Shown: positions 10,487 through 18,681 of the stretch, in pieces | Layout: every line of letters starts with the position of its first letter | How positions within the stretch are numbered: the stretch's first letter is position 1 | Assembly: GCA_963840455.1 (NCBI GenBank) | Contig: CAWIYV010000001.1 | Coordinates: 160,001-224,000 of the forward strand | DNA length: 64,000 bases | Direction of reading: 5' to 3' | Origin: Nitrospirota bacterium | GTDB lineage: Bacteria; Nitrospirota; UBA9217 | Notes under the pieces: model-generated | Told to the model about the DNA's origin: nothing | What the model saw: only the letters and a program-made list of their open reading frames with translations | Databases searched by the model: none | Position numbers and translations under genes: made by a program

Positions 10487-11599
10487 CTATTTTCTCAGCA
10501 CGAGCTTCGCCGCAAGGATGGCCTTGGCGCGCTTTAGGTGCGCCTTGACCGTCTCGCTGTCGTCCATGGCAAGATGGATCTCCCGGGCGATCTCCTCTTC
10601 GCCCGCGGCGCTCGCTTTTTCTGCCCACTCGCGGTAGCTTGCTACATGGGAATCATCGTGCTCGATCCAGTGGTCGAGCATCATCTGCAGCTTGCGCAGA
10701 TCTTCGGTCCCCTCGACCGCGTGCTCATGGTCATGGCCGTGTCCGTGGCCGTGTGAATGTCCCTTGTGCATGTCGTCCTCTCTCCCTCCGTTCACGTGGT
10801 AGTGGCCAAAGTGGCCGTGCCGGTGCACATGCGCCTGGCCGCCGTGGGTGTGCGCGTGCTCATGGATCAGGTTGACCGAAAGCAGGAGATCGTCGTTCTG
10901 GATGATCTCGTCAATGGCCCCGTCCGCCGCAAGGGTGTGGTCCTCGGAAAAGACGATTGCCCGTTCCGCGATGTCCCCGGCTATGGCGAGGTCGTGGGTG
11001 GCCGCGATGATGGTCTTGCCTTTTTGATGCAGGCCGTGGAGCAGCTCGATGAGCCACACCTGCGTCCGCGGATCGAGGCCGTTCGTCGGCTCGTCCATCA
11101 GGAGGACGTCGGGGTCCGTGGCCAGGCTCGAAGCGATGGCGACCTTCTTCTTCTGTCCGTCCGAGAGCGTATGGGGGGCGCGGTCGCGGAGGTCCTGTAT
11201 CCGCAGGGATTCGAGCTGTTCGTCCACGATCTCCTTCACCCGGTCCCGCTGGATTCCGAGCTGGAGAGGCCCAAAGGCCACGTCGTCCCAGACGGTTGAG
11301 GAAAAAAGCTGTACATCGGGGTTCTGGAACACGAAGGCGACCTTTTTCCGGAATTCCTTCGAGAACACCCGGTCCTCCAGGGCATGCTCTGAAAGGACCT
11401 TCCCGAAGGCCCGGACCTCGCCCTGCTGGGCGAACACCAGACCGTTCAGCAGGGACAGCAGGGTGGACTTGCCGGTGCCGTTGGCCCCGAGGATCACCGC
11501 ACGTTCGCCGGCCTGGAACTCGGCGCTCACGCCGCGGACCACCGGCGCTGAACGAAGATACGCATAGCTGACCTCATGGAGGCTGAGCAGCGGCATCAC
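10487..11599 (-). CDS. ECF Ni/Co transporter ATPase (NikO/CbiO) with His-rich linker and C-terminal CooJ-like domain
   Basis: Walker A GANGTGKS, FQNPD, LSDGQ, MDEPT; C-terminal HEHAHTH...HSHGHGHGHDHEH and HWIEHDDSH. Confidence 0.9.
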   Translation of the reverse strand: MMPLLSLHEVSYAYLRSAPVVRGVSAEFQAGERAVILGANGTGKSTLLSLLNGLVFAQQGEVRAFGKVLSEHALEDRVFSKEFRKKVAFVFQNPDVQLFSSTVWDDVAFGPLQLGIQRDRVKEIVDEQLESLRIQDLRDRAPHTLSDGQKKKVAIASSLATDPDVLLMDEPTNGLDPRTQVWLIELLHGLHQKGKTIIAATHDLAIAGDIAERAIVFSEDHTLAADGAIDEIIQNDDLLLSVNLIHEHAHTHGGQAHVHRHGHFGHYHVNGGREDDMHKGHSHGHGHGHDHEHAVEGTEDLRKLQMMLDHWIEHDDSHVASYREWAEKASAAGEEEIAREIHLAMDDSETVKAHLKRAKAILAAKLVLRK

Positions 11600-12471
11600 C
11601 GGAGCAGCCCCCTTTCTGCGGCGACCAGGGCAGCGCCGATGGTGAGGACCAGGACAAGCCAGCAGTAATCCGCGGTAGTGGTGCGAAATCGCACGAGGGA
11701 GATGACCTCGCCATGGTATCCCCGCGAGAGCATGGCCAGATAGACATCATTGCTCATCTCGAGGGACTTCCTGAAGATAACACCGATTCGGGACGCGATC
11801 CATCCCCGCTCGTCGGCAGCCGAGAGCGGATGGATCGTCCTGCTCTTTCTTGCGCGAAACATGTCCTGGATGAGCCGGAGGAAGACGAACAGGTAACGGT
11901 TCGTCATGCTCAGGGTCATGACAAAGATCCGGGGAACCATGAGCGCCCGGAGACCGGCAAAGATGTCCGACCACCGCGTCGTCAGCGTCAGGAGAACGGC
12001 GAAGGACACTGATGCCGCCACGCGGGAGACGAGGACAATACCGCTCCAGAGCCCCTGCCGGGTGACCGCGATCTCCTGCGGAATGACATAGGGCCCCCAG
12101 GTGTACGATTTCTGCAGGGCAACGATGACCCACAGCGGTTCGCCGGGGGTGATGACATTGAGGAGCGCCGGTAGGACGACAGCCGCCGAAAAGAGCGGCA
12201 CGAACAGCCACACGCGCATCACGAAGAGCCCGAGCGGCACCCGCGAGGCAGCGGCAAGAAGGATGCTCGCGCCGTAGAGGAACCCGAGCGACCGCGGCGC
12301 ATGAATGAAGCTGATAAGAACGAGGATGAACAGGAACGAGAGCAGCTTGATGCGCACATCCAGCGCCTGCAGCAGACCGTTCATCCGTGCATGTTCCTCG
12401 GAAAAGAAAGACTGCTCCGCGACGCGAGCAATGGCCAGCAGTGTTTTATCGAGAAATCCCGTTCGCGACAT
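11596..12471 (-). CDS. ECF transporter transmembrane T component (NikQ/CbiQ)
   Basis: LDVRIK, hydrophobic helices, ARKSR and AMLSRG motifs. Confidence 0.9.
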   Translation of the reverse strand: MSRTGFLDKTLLAIARVAEQSFFSEEHARMNGLLQALDVRIKLLSFLFILVLISFIHAPRSLGFLYGASILLAAASRVPLGLFVMRVWLFVPLFSAAVVLPALLNVITPGEPLWVIVALQKSYTWGPYVIPQEIAVTRQGLWSGIVLVSRVAASVSFAVLLTLTTRWSDIFAGLRALMVPRIFVMTLSMTNRYLFVFLRLIQDMFRARKSRTIHPLSAADERGWIASRIGVIFRKSLEMSNDVYLAMLSRGYHGEVISLVRFRTTTADYCWLVLVLTIGAALVAAERGLLR

Positions 12472-12488
12472 ATCAGCCTTCGAGATGA

Positions 12489-12842
12489 TCAGTCCTTGTC
12501 GGACCGATCGGAATTGTTCCTGCGTGCCAGCAGTTTTGAAAGACTATACATGGCACCGGCGGTTATTGCAACACCGATGATGCCTGTCAGGACATACCCC
12601 AGGCTCTCGCCCAGCAACCCCGTGCGCTGGCCGGGGACCGCGTAAGCGGGCATCGGCGCCTTCCACAATTCAGCGAGACGCTTCATCCCGGCAGGCACGA
12701 ACCCAGCCATCTTTTCGATCTCACCAAGCCCCCACTCGCCCCATCCACCCTCTGCTCCGAGCCATTTCGGGACGATCACGCCCAGCGGGGACAGGAGCGC
12801 CAGGATGCCGATGCCAATCCACAGTTTTTTCACCATGGTCAT
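12489..12842 (-). CDS. NikN/PDGLE-type auxiliary membrane component
   Basis: Two TM helices flanking WGEW...APMPAY; lies between nikM and nikQ; start uncertain. Confidence 0.8.
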   Translation of the reverse strand: MTMVKKLWIGIGILALLSPLGVIVPKWLGAEGGWGEWGLGEIEKMAGFVPAGMKRLAELWKAPMPAYAVPGQRTGLLGESLGYVLTGIIGVAITAGAMYSLSKLLARRNNSDRSDKD

Positions 12843-12897
12843 GCCGTTCGAATTACGCTGTTCATGCATCATCCCGCAATCCTCAATCCGCAATGAT

Positions 12898-13566
12898 CTA
12901 CGCCAGCATCTCGGGATCGTTCTTCTGGAAGTACTTGATCACGAGCGCTGTAACCGCGGCTTCAATAAATCCGAAAACCAGCAGATGCTCAATGGCCATT
13001 GCCGGCACGGCGATTGCCAGGGGGAACGGCGAATAGAGCGGCTGGCCATCGGCGGACCGCTCCAGGAGGGGCTGGACGCCGAACTGCACCGCCGTGAGCA
13101 GGGCTGAAACATTCAGGCTGACGTATGCCGCAACAGCACCTGCGATCCAGCGTCTCCTGCTCAGGACGCCGGCATGACCGGCGATCAGACGGTACACTGC
13201 GTATCCCGAGAAGACGCCGGCAACAGCCATGTTGAAGCAGTTCGCGCCGATCGCGGTTATGCCTCCGTCGCCGAACAGGACCGCCTGGATGATGAGCGCC
13301 ACCGACACGGATATCAGTGCGGCCCAGGGGCCGAGCAGGATCGCGATGAGCGTGGCGCCGGTCGCATGGCCGGTCGTCCCGCCGATGATCGGGATATTGA
13401 ACATCATGATCACGAAACTGAACGCCGCGCCGATCGCGAGGAACGGCGCCTGCTTTGCCTTCAACGTTCTGTTCAATCTCCACGACGCGACGGCCCAGAA
13501 CGGGACCGTGACGGCATACAGCGTGCCGTACGTGGCAGGACCGAGATAACCGTCAGGGATATGCAT
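12898..13566 (-). CDS. nikM: ECF nickel transporter S component NikM
   Basis: MHIPDG N-terminal metal-binding motif, GTTGH, DGG...GAN. Confidence 0.9.
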   Translation of the reverse strand: MHIPDGYLGPATYGTLYAVTVPFWAVASWRLNRTLKAKQAPFLAIGAAFSFVIMMFNIPIIGGTTGHATGATLIAILLGPWAALISVSVALIIQAVLFGDGGITAIGANCFNMAVAGVFSGYAVYRLIAGHAGVLSRRRWIAGAVAAYVSLNVSALLTAVQFGVQPLLERSADGQPLYSPFPLAIAVPAMAIEHLLVFGFIEAAVTALVIKYFQKNDPEMLA

Positions 13567-13661
13567 GCACCGTCTCCTTCCGGGAACAGAAACAGCCGCA
13601 AGCGCTGCGATGCGGGACTGCACTCGGGATCATCAACCGCGGGGATCGATCCCGCACTCGC

Positions 13662-14477
13662 TCAGAACTTGTATCCAAACCCCGCCAGGAACCCATAATC
13701 CTCGGAGTTCGCATTCAGCCCGACCCGGATGCCGGCATCGACATAGTAATGCTCCGAGGGCTCATAGATCAACCCGACCAGTGCATTCGCAATTCGCGAG
13801 AAGACGTCTGTTTCCTTTACCCGTACCACTGCCAGTTCGACCACGGGTTCCCAAGGTTTTGATCGTTCATATTTCGCGGCAATGCTCATGGCAACAGCAT
13901 GTTCGAACGTGAAATTACCCCGCCTGAGCGCTCTGCCCGAGGATTCGTATCCAAGGTTGGCGTTGATCTCAACGGATTCCCACTCAGTCGTGCTGATCAG
14001 CCGCCCGCCCCACCGTGATTTACCGGCACCCAGCCCCTTCTCCTCATTGCCCGTGGGCCGGCTGAACGCAACCTGATAGGCCAGCGACTGCTCGTGGTGG
14101 TCGCGTCCCCCGCTTTTCTTTTCCTGCTCATAGAACCGATGCTTGAACCTGAAGACGACGTCGCTGAGACCGCTCTCGTTGTTCCCCGTGGCCGGACTCG
14201 GACGAAGCGAGAGATAGGGCATCTCCACGGCAGCATCCATGGTTTCCCCGATCCCCAACGTGACCGCAACCGGTACCACCGTCGACTTGAACTCGTTGTC
14301 CTTCAGATAGTTGATGCTCGATTCTACCAGAACGCCTCCTGGTCCCTGCGTGCCCGTGTCATCGGTAACGAGCGGATGCATTGCCTGCGCCGGCGGGGCG
14401 ATCGCCGCCAGGATCATGGTCATGATCAACAGCACACACAACCGAATACCATATTCCCTGCCGAGACATTCCCGCAT
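13662..14477 (-). CDS. outer-membrane beta-barrel channel (MetA-pathway/'transporter' family)
   Basis: Signal peptide, HPLVTDDTGT motif, GLSD, alternating beta strands, C-terminal Phe. Confidence 0.75.
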   Translation of the reverse strand: MRECLGREYGIRLCVLLIMTMILAAIAPPAQAMHPLVTDDTGTQGPGGVLVESSINYLKDNEFKSTVVPVAVTLGIGETMDAAVEMPYLSLRPSPATGNNESGLSDVVFRFKHRFYEQEKKSGGRDHHEQSLAYQVAFSRPTGNEEKGLGAGKSRWGGRLISTTEWESVEINANLGYESSGRALRRGNFTFEHAVAMSIAAKYERSKPWEPVVELAVVRVKETDVFSRIANALVGLIYEPSEHYYVDAGIRVGLNANSEDYGFLAGFGYKF

Positions 14478-14478
14478 C

Positions 14479-14898
14479 TCAGGCGAGTTCCTTGCCCGTG
14501 GTCGTCATCGTGAGCTTCCCGTGCTTGACGCCCCGGGCGCCGATGAGCCGGTCGGCGATCTTCTTGATGTCCTGACCCTTGCCTTTCACCACCAGGACCT
14601 CGAGACAGTTGTGCGGGTCGAGGTGCACATGGAGGGCGGAGACGATCTGCTGGAAGGATTTGTGCTGCATCTCCGTGAGCGCGTGTTCCAACTCGCGGGT
14701 ATGATGATTGTACACGATCGTGATCGTCCCCACGGTCTCCTGGTCTCCTGCTTTCCATTCCTCTTCGACCAGTTTGTCGCGGATCAGATCCTGGATCGCC
14801 GCGGACCGGCTTCCATACCCTTGTTTGGCGATCAGGGCATCGAACTTTCTGACCAGAGCGTTGTCAATGGACATGCCGAAACGGGTGATCCCTGCCAT
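14479..14898 (-). CDS. nikR: nickel-responsive regulator NikR
   Basis: RHH domain (RFGMS...SRS.AI.DLIR), YNHH, Q-H and HVHLD..NCLE Ni ligands. Confidence 0.96.
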   Translation of the reverse strand: MAGITRFGMSIDNALVRKFDALIAKQGYGSRSAAIQDLIRDKLVEEEWKAGDQETVGTITIVYNHHTRELEHALTEMQHKSFQQIVSALHVHLDPHNCLEVLVVKGKGQDIKKIADRLIGARGVKHGKLTMTTTGKELA

Positions 14899-14906
14899 AC
14901 CGCCTC

Positions 14907-14936
14907 CGTGTTACTATTTATTGATTTAGTAACACG
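14907..14936. promoter_or_regulatory. putative NikR operator overlapping the nikR promoter
   Basis: Perfect IR CGTGTTACTA-N10-TAGTAACACG (GTGTTA-N16-TAACAC). On the minus strand TTGACA is at 14954-14949 and the -10 falls inside the operator. Confidence 0.85.
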
Positions 14937-15019
14937 CTACGGTCGCGATGTCAAGCGGTTTATTCCTGGCAGGAACATCCGGGGCATGGCTTAAGACCGC
15001 CGCACCGAAGATTATCGCC

Positions 15020-15048
15020 TTGACAACAATGCATACCTCTGTTAATTT
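15020..15048 (+). promoter_or_regulatory. sigma70 promoter
   Basis: TTGACA-17-TAATTT with upstream TG; RBS AAGGAGG before ATG 15120. Confidence 0.6.
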
Positions 15049-15119
15049 AAATTCAGTCGCATTTGCATGATACGATGTGAATAGTACCCAATCAAAAGAG
15101 CTGTCACAAGGAGGTCGTC

Positions 15120-15866
15120 ATGAGAAGGATCATCATTGCATTGCTATTGGTATTGATCACAGCCGTGCCCGCCATGGCAAAGACCGACATCACCCTGCCG
15201 CCCAGTTTCACCCAGGACGATTTCAAGGGCCTGAGCCGCGACCTGGGGCTGGCCATCAGCTACGTCCCTCTCGCGACGGCTGAGCCTCTTGGCGGAGTAC
15301 TCCCGCATATCGACCTTGGCGTCGAAGCAACGAGCACCAGCATTGACAACAACGCTTCCTACTGGACAAAGATCTCAAATGTGCCCGGGAACAGCTCGAT
15401 CCCGAGCAACCTGGTCATGCCCAAGGTCCATCTCCAGGTGGGCCTGCCGATCATACCGATCGACCTTGGCTTCGTCTATGCGAACGTGCCGAACACCAAC
15501 ATCAAATATACCGGCTATGAAGTCAAATGGTCCATCCTCCAGGGAAGTGTGGCTACTCCCGCCATCGCGCTTCGCGGCGCTTATACGGTGCTGTCCGGCA
15601 TATCCGACATCGACATTAGTACTAAGTCCGCTGACCTGTCCATCAGCAAGGGATTCGCCATGTTCACCCCCTATGCCGGATATGCCCTGGTCTGGATCGA
15701 CAGCAAGGAGAAAAGCACTGCCGTCACGCTCCAGGATGAGAGCCTCACCGAGAACAAGTGGTTTGTCGGATGCAAGATCACCTTCTTTCCGCTCATGAAC
15801 ATGGTCGCCGAGGCGGACTTCGCCAAGGTGAACTCCTACTCGCTCCGTTTGAACATACACTTCTAA
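15120..15866 (+). CDS. outer-membrane beta-barrel protein
   Basis: Signal peptide (AMA), amphipathic strands, FTPYAG, C-terminal Phe, strong RBS. Confidence 0.75.
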   Translation: MRRIIIALLLVLITAVPAMAKTDITLPPSFTQDDFKGLSRDLGLAISYVPLATAEPLGGVLPHIDLGVEATSTSIDNNASYWTKISNVPGNSSIPSNLVMPKVHLQVGLPIIPIDLGFVYANVPNTNIKYTGYEVKWSILQGSVATPAIALRGAYTVLSGISDIDISTKSADLSISKGFAMFTPYAGYALVWIDSKEKSTAVTLQDESLTENKWFVGCKITFFPLMNMVAEADFAKVNSYSLRLNIHF

Positions 15867-15888
15867 GCGCCTGCTTTCGGAGTACCTC

Positions 15889-15916
15889 AGCCCCCGGCAT
15901 CCGCCGGGGGCTTTTC
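15889..15916 (+). terminator. intrinsic terminator
   Basis: AGCCCCCGG-catccg-CCGGGGGCT followed by TTT. Confidence 0.75.
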
Positions 15917-15972
15917 TGCTCCTACGCCCTTCCTCCTTGCCCCTGCAGAGACCTTTATGGTATATTCCAGCC

Positions 15973-16755
15973 GTGAAGCCGAAGATCGACGCATTGATCC
16001 TGAAGGTGAGCGGGAACGAGATGGAAGGGGCCGTGGACGAGGTCGCGGCAGAACTTCCGGTCAGGCTCGTCCTGAACGGCGAACCGCTCGTTACCCTCCT
16101 CTGCACACCAACGGAGCTCGAGGAGCTTGCCGTCGGATTCCTCCTGTCCGAGGGTCTTCTGCATGAACGGTCTGCCATCAAGAAGCTTTCTGTATCCGGG
16201 ACCGGCCCGTCCATCTTTATCGAGCTGGCCGGCCTGCCGCAGCACTGGGAAAAACAGTTCGAGAAGCGGACGATCTCGTCGGGCTGCGGCAAAGGCATTA
16301 CCTTTACGAACTATGACCGGAGCAAGGACCGGAAGCTCGATACAAGGGGACCGGTGGTGAGTATCAGCGCCATCCGTGAGTTGCTCAAGGTCTTCCGGAA
16401 CATCTCGACGCTCTACCTCGAGACCGGCGGGGTCCACAGCGCGGCGCTGTCGGACGGAAAGGACCTCCTGTTCTTCTCGGAGGACATCGGCAGGCACAAC
16501 GCGGTGGACAAGCTGATCGGAAAGGCGTTCCTGAAGGGCGTATCGATCGAGAACAAGATCCTGTTCACCAGCGGCAGGGTGACCTCGGAGATCGTGACCA
16601 AGGCGGGAAGGAACCATTTCCCCATCCTCGTCAGCCGCGCGGCCGCGTCGTGCATGGCCATCAACTACGCCGAGGACATGGGCATCACCCTCGTCGGCTT
16701 TGCCCGCGGGGACCGGATGAACATCTATACGTGGCCGAACAGGATCAGGATGTAA
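15973..16755 (+). CDS. fdhD: formate dehydrogenase accessory sulfurtransferase FdhD
   Basis: SSGCG, TGGVHSAA, EDIGRHNAVDK, TSGR. Likely GTG start 15973. Confidence 0.95.
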   Translation: MKPKIDALILKVSGNEMEGAVDEVAAELPVRLVLNGEPLVTLLCTPTELEELAVGFLLSEGLLHERSAIKKLSVSGTGPSIFIELAGLPQHWEKQFEKRTISSGCGKGITFTNYDRSKDRKLDTRGPVVSISAIRELLKVFRNISTLYLETGGVHSAALSDGKDLLFFSEDIGRHNAVDKLIGKAFLKGVSIENKILFTSGRVTSEIVTKAGRNHFPILVSRAAASCMAINYAEDMGITLVGFARGDRMNIYTWPNRIRM

Positions 16756-16886
16756 GCGACAGTGCGGAGTGGGGAGTAAACTGCAGGTCGACAACGGCAA
16801 GAATCTTTTCAATGCTCAATTTTCACGACTGATCGATTCGTGTATGCTTCTTTTTTCGTCCTCGAGGCCTTTCTACGTGTAACGTA

Positions 16887-18578
16887 CTACTTTTCCATCG
16901 TCAATATCTTGTCCAAGTTGATCTCGAACGCCGCGCAGGGCATGGTGATCTGCCGCCGCTCCAGGGCCTCCGGCCGCACCTCGCCCAGATGGCCGAGCTC
17001 CCGATCCCCTGCCATGACCCTGCCGCATCTCCCCTGCAGGAAGAGCGGATGCTCCGCAGGCTCCAGCGTGTACTCCACACCGAGATAGTAGAGCAGCACG
17101 TCGAGCGTCGAATGCATCTCCGAGAAATTGGCCGTCGGATGAGCAATGAGCGCGGCAAGGTTCAGGTCGGTCCGCGTCCCCATGTTCGTTCTCTGATCGA
17201 GGACGGCCACCTCCCCCACCTCGAAAGTCCGGTGAGGATAGAAGGCCTTGGAGCTCGCAGCCTCAACGTTCAGCAGCGACGGCAACACGCAGTTCCTGAG
17301 CACCGAGTATGCCAAGGACATGATATTATCCACCTCGACCAGTTTGTCGCCGGCGGCAAGCCCGTCGGCCATCTCTTCCTGTGAGCAGAGGATGTTGGAA
17401 ACGAACTCCTGGAAGCCCGCTCCGACCATGTGCCCCCGGACAGCATCGGACAGAAGCTCGATCCGCGACAGTCCGCCCACCGTGGACTGCTGCGGCATGA
17501 CGGCCTCGAAGGAGTCATAGCCCCTGCTGATGGCGTAATCCTCCACCATGTCCATGGCGTGCATGATATCGTCCCGATAGGGGGGATAGGTGATGGACAC
17601 CACTCCTTTTGAGGCTTTGACCTTGTGGCCATAGGAACTGAGCCGTTTGCCCAGCTCGGCCGCAGGGATGATCTCGCCCAGCGCAGCGTTGAACTTGGAC
17701 AGGGAGAGCCTGACCGTTCCCGACGTGTCATAGGGGCAGGTCACCGACCTTCCCATCTCCGTGGCGTAGGGATAAACGACCATCACCGGATCGATCTCGG
17801 CACCGCGGTCGTGGAAGTTCACGGCAAGGATGTTCAGCGTCAGCGCGACCATCCGCTGGTCCGTGCCGGTCACCTCGACCAGGACGTTCCGCGTGGTCGT
17901 CTTCACTTCGCCGATATCGGTGCTGTTGATGATGGGCGGGAAGGACAGCACGTGGTTCATGCTGTCGACCAGGACCGGGTATTTCGGAAAAGGCTTCACA
18001 ATGCTGCCATACTGGACGCCCTTGGGATGGCGCTCCAGTATCTGGCCGAGCGTCAGTTTTTCGTTCATGCCGAGGGGTGTGAACGCTATGGCATCGGGAC
18101 CTGCAAGCTTATAGTCCACGGGGAAGGTGATCTTGTCCATCTCATAGATGCCGATGGAGACCGTGCTCCGCTTCCTGCCGAATATCTCCGAGAGCTTGTC
18201 CTGGCTCTGGATCATCTGCGCGAGGACATCATCGTTCATCCGGATGTCGAAGGCGATGCAGGCAGCGATGTAGGGCCGTACCGCCTTCATTTCCTTCGCG
18301 ACCTTGATGGTCCGCGTTGCCTTGTGGCCCGGTTTGAAGAAGGCATACTCTTCGGGCTTGCCCGAGAGCGCGATACGGACCTGGCGGGCCACGCCTTCGG
18401 CGCACCACAGGTCGGGCCGGTTGCTGTCCGACAGCTCCACCTTCAGGTCGTCCGTATCGGCGCTGTACTCCTTCAGTTCCGCCTTGGCGAGCATGAGCAG
18501 CTTCTCTAATGCGGCGATGTTGAGCTTCTTGCCGATGAGACCGTCGAGGTCCTTCTTTTTAATGTCTATGGTAGGCAT
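16887..18578 (-). CDS. pheT: phenylalanyl-tRNA synthetase beta subunit, short archaeal/eukaryotic type
   Basis: MPTI start, NRPDL, SFPPIINS, YRDDIMH..D..ED; 563 aa, no bacterial OB or FDX-ACB domains. Confidence 0.93.
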   Translation of the reverse strand: MPTIDIKKKDLDGLIGKKLNIAALEKLLMLAKAELKEYSADTDDLKVELSDSNRPDLWCAEGVARQVRIALSGKPEEYAFFKPGHKATRTIKVAKEMKAVRPYIAACIAFDIRMNDDVLAQMIQSQDKLSEIFGRKRSTVSIGIYEMDKITFPVDYKLAGPDAIAFTPLGMNEKLTLGQILERHPKGVQYGSIVKPFPKYPVLVDSMNHVLSFPPIINSTDIGEVKTTTRNVLVEVTGTDQRMVALTLNILAVNFHDRGAEIDPVMVVYPYATEMGRSVTCPYDTSGTVRLSLSKFNAALGEIIPAAELGKRLSSYGHKVKASKGVVSITYPPYRDDIMHAMDMVEDYAISRGYDSFEAVMPQQSTVGGLSRIELLSDAVRGHMVGAGFQEFVSNILCSQEEMADGLAAGDKLVEVDNIMSLAYSVLRNCVLPSLLNVEAASSKAFYPHRTFEVGEVAVLDQRTNMGTRTDLNLAALIAHPTANFSEMHSTLDVLLYYLGVEYTLEPAEHPLFLQGRCGRVMAGDRELGHLGEVRPEALERRQITMPCAAFEINLDKILTMEK

Positions 18579-18603
18579 GGTAGATTAGTTCTTAATGCGT
18601 TTT

Positions 18604-18675
18604 ACCGCAGAGATCGCTGAGACCGCAAAGTTCTGATCCCTGCTTTTTCTCAGCGCCCTCTGCGCACTCTGCGGT
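18604..18675. repeat. inverted 9-mer tandem-repeat element (ACCGCAGAG family), copy B
   Basis: ACCGCAGAG ATCGCTGAG ACCGCAAAG ... CTCAGCGCC CTCTGCGCA CTCTGCGGT between pheS and pheT. Confidence 0.75.
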
Positions 18676-18681
18676 GCACAT

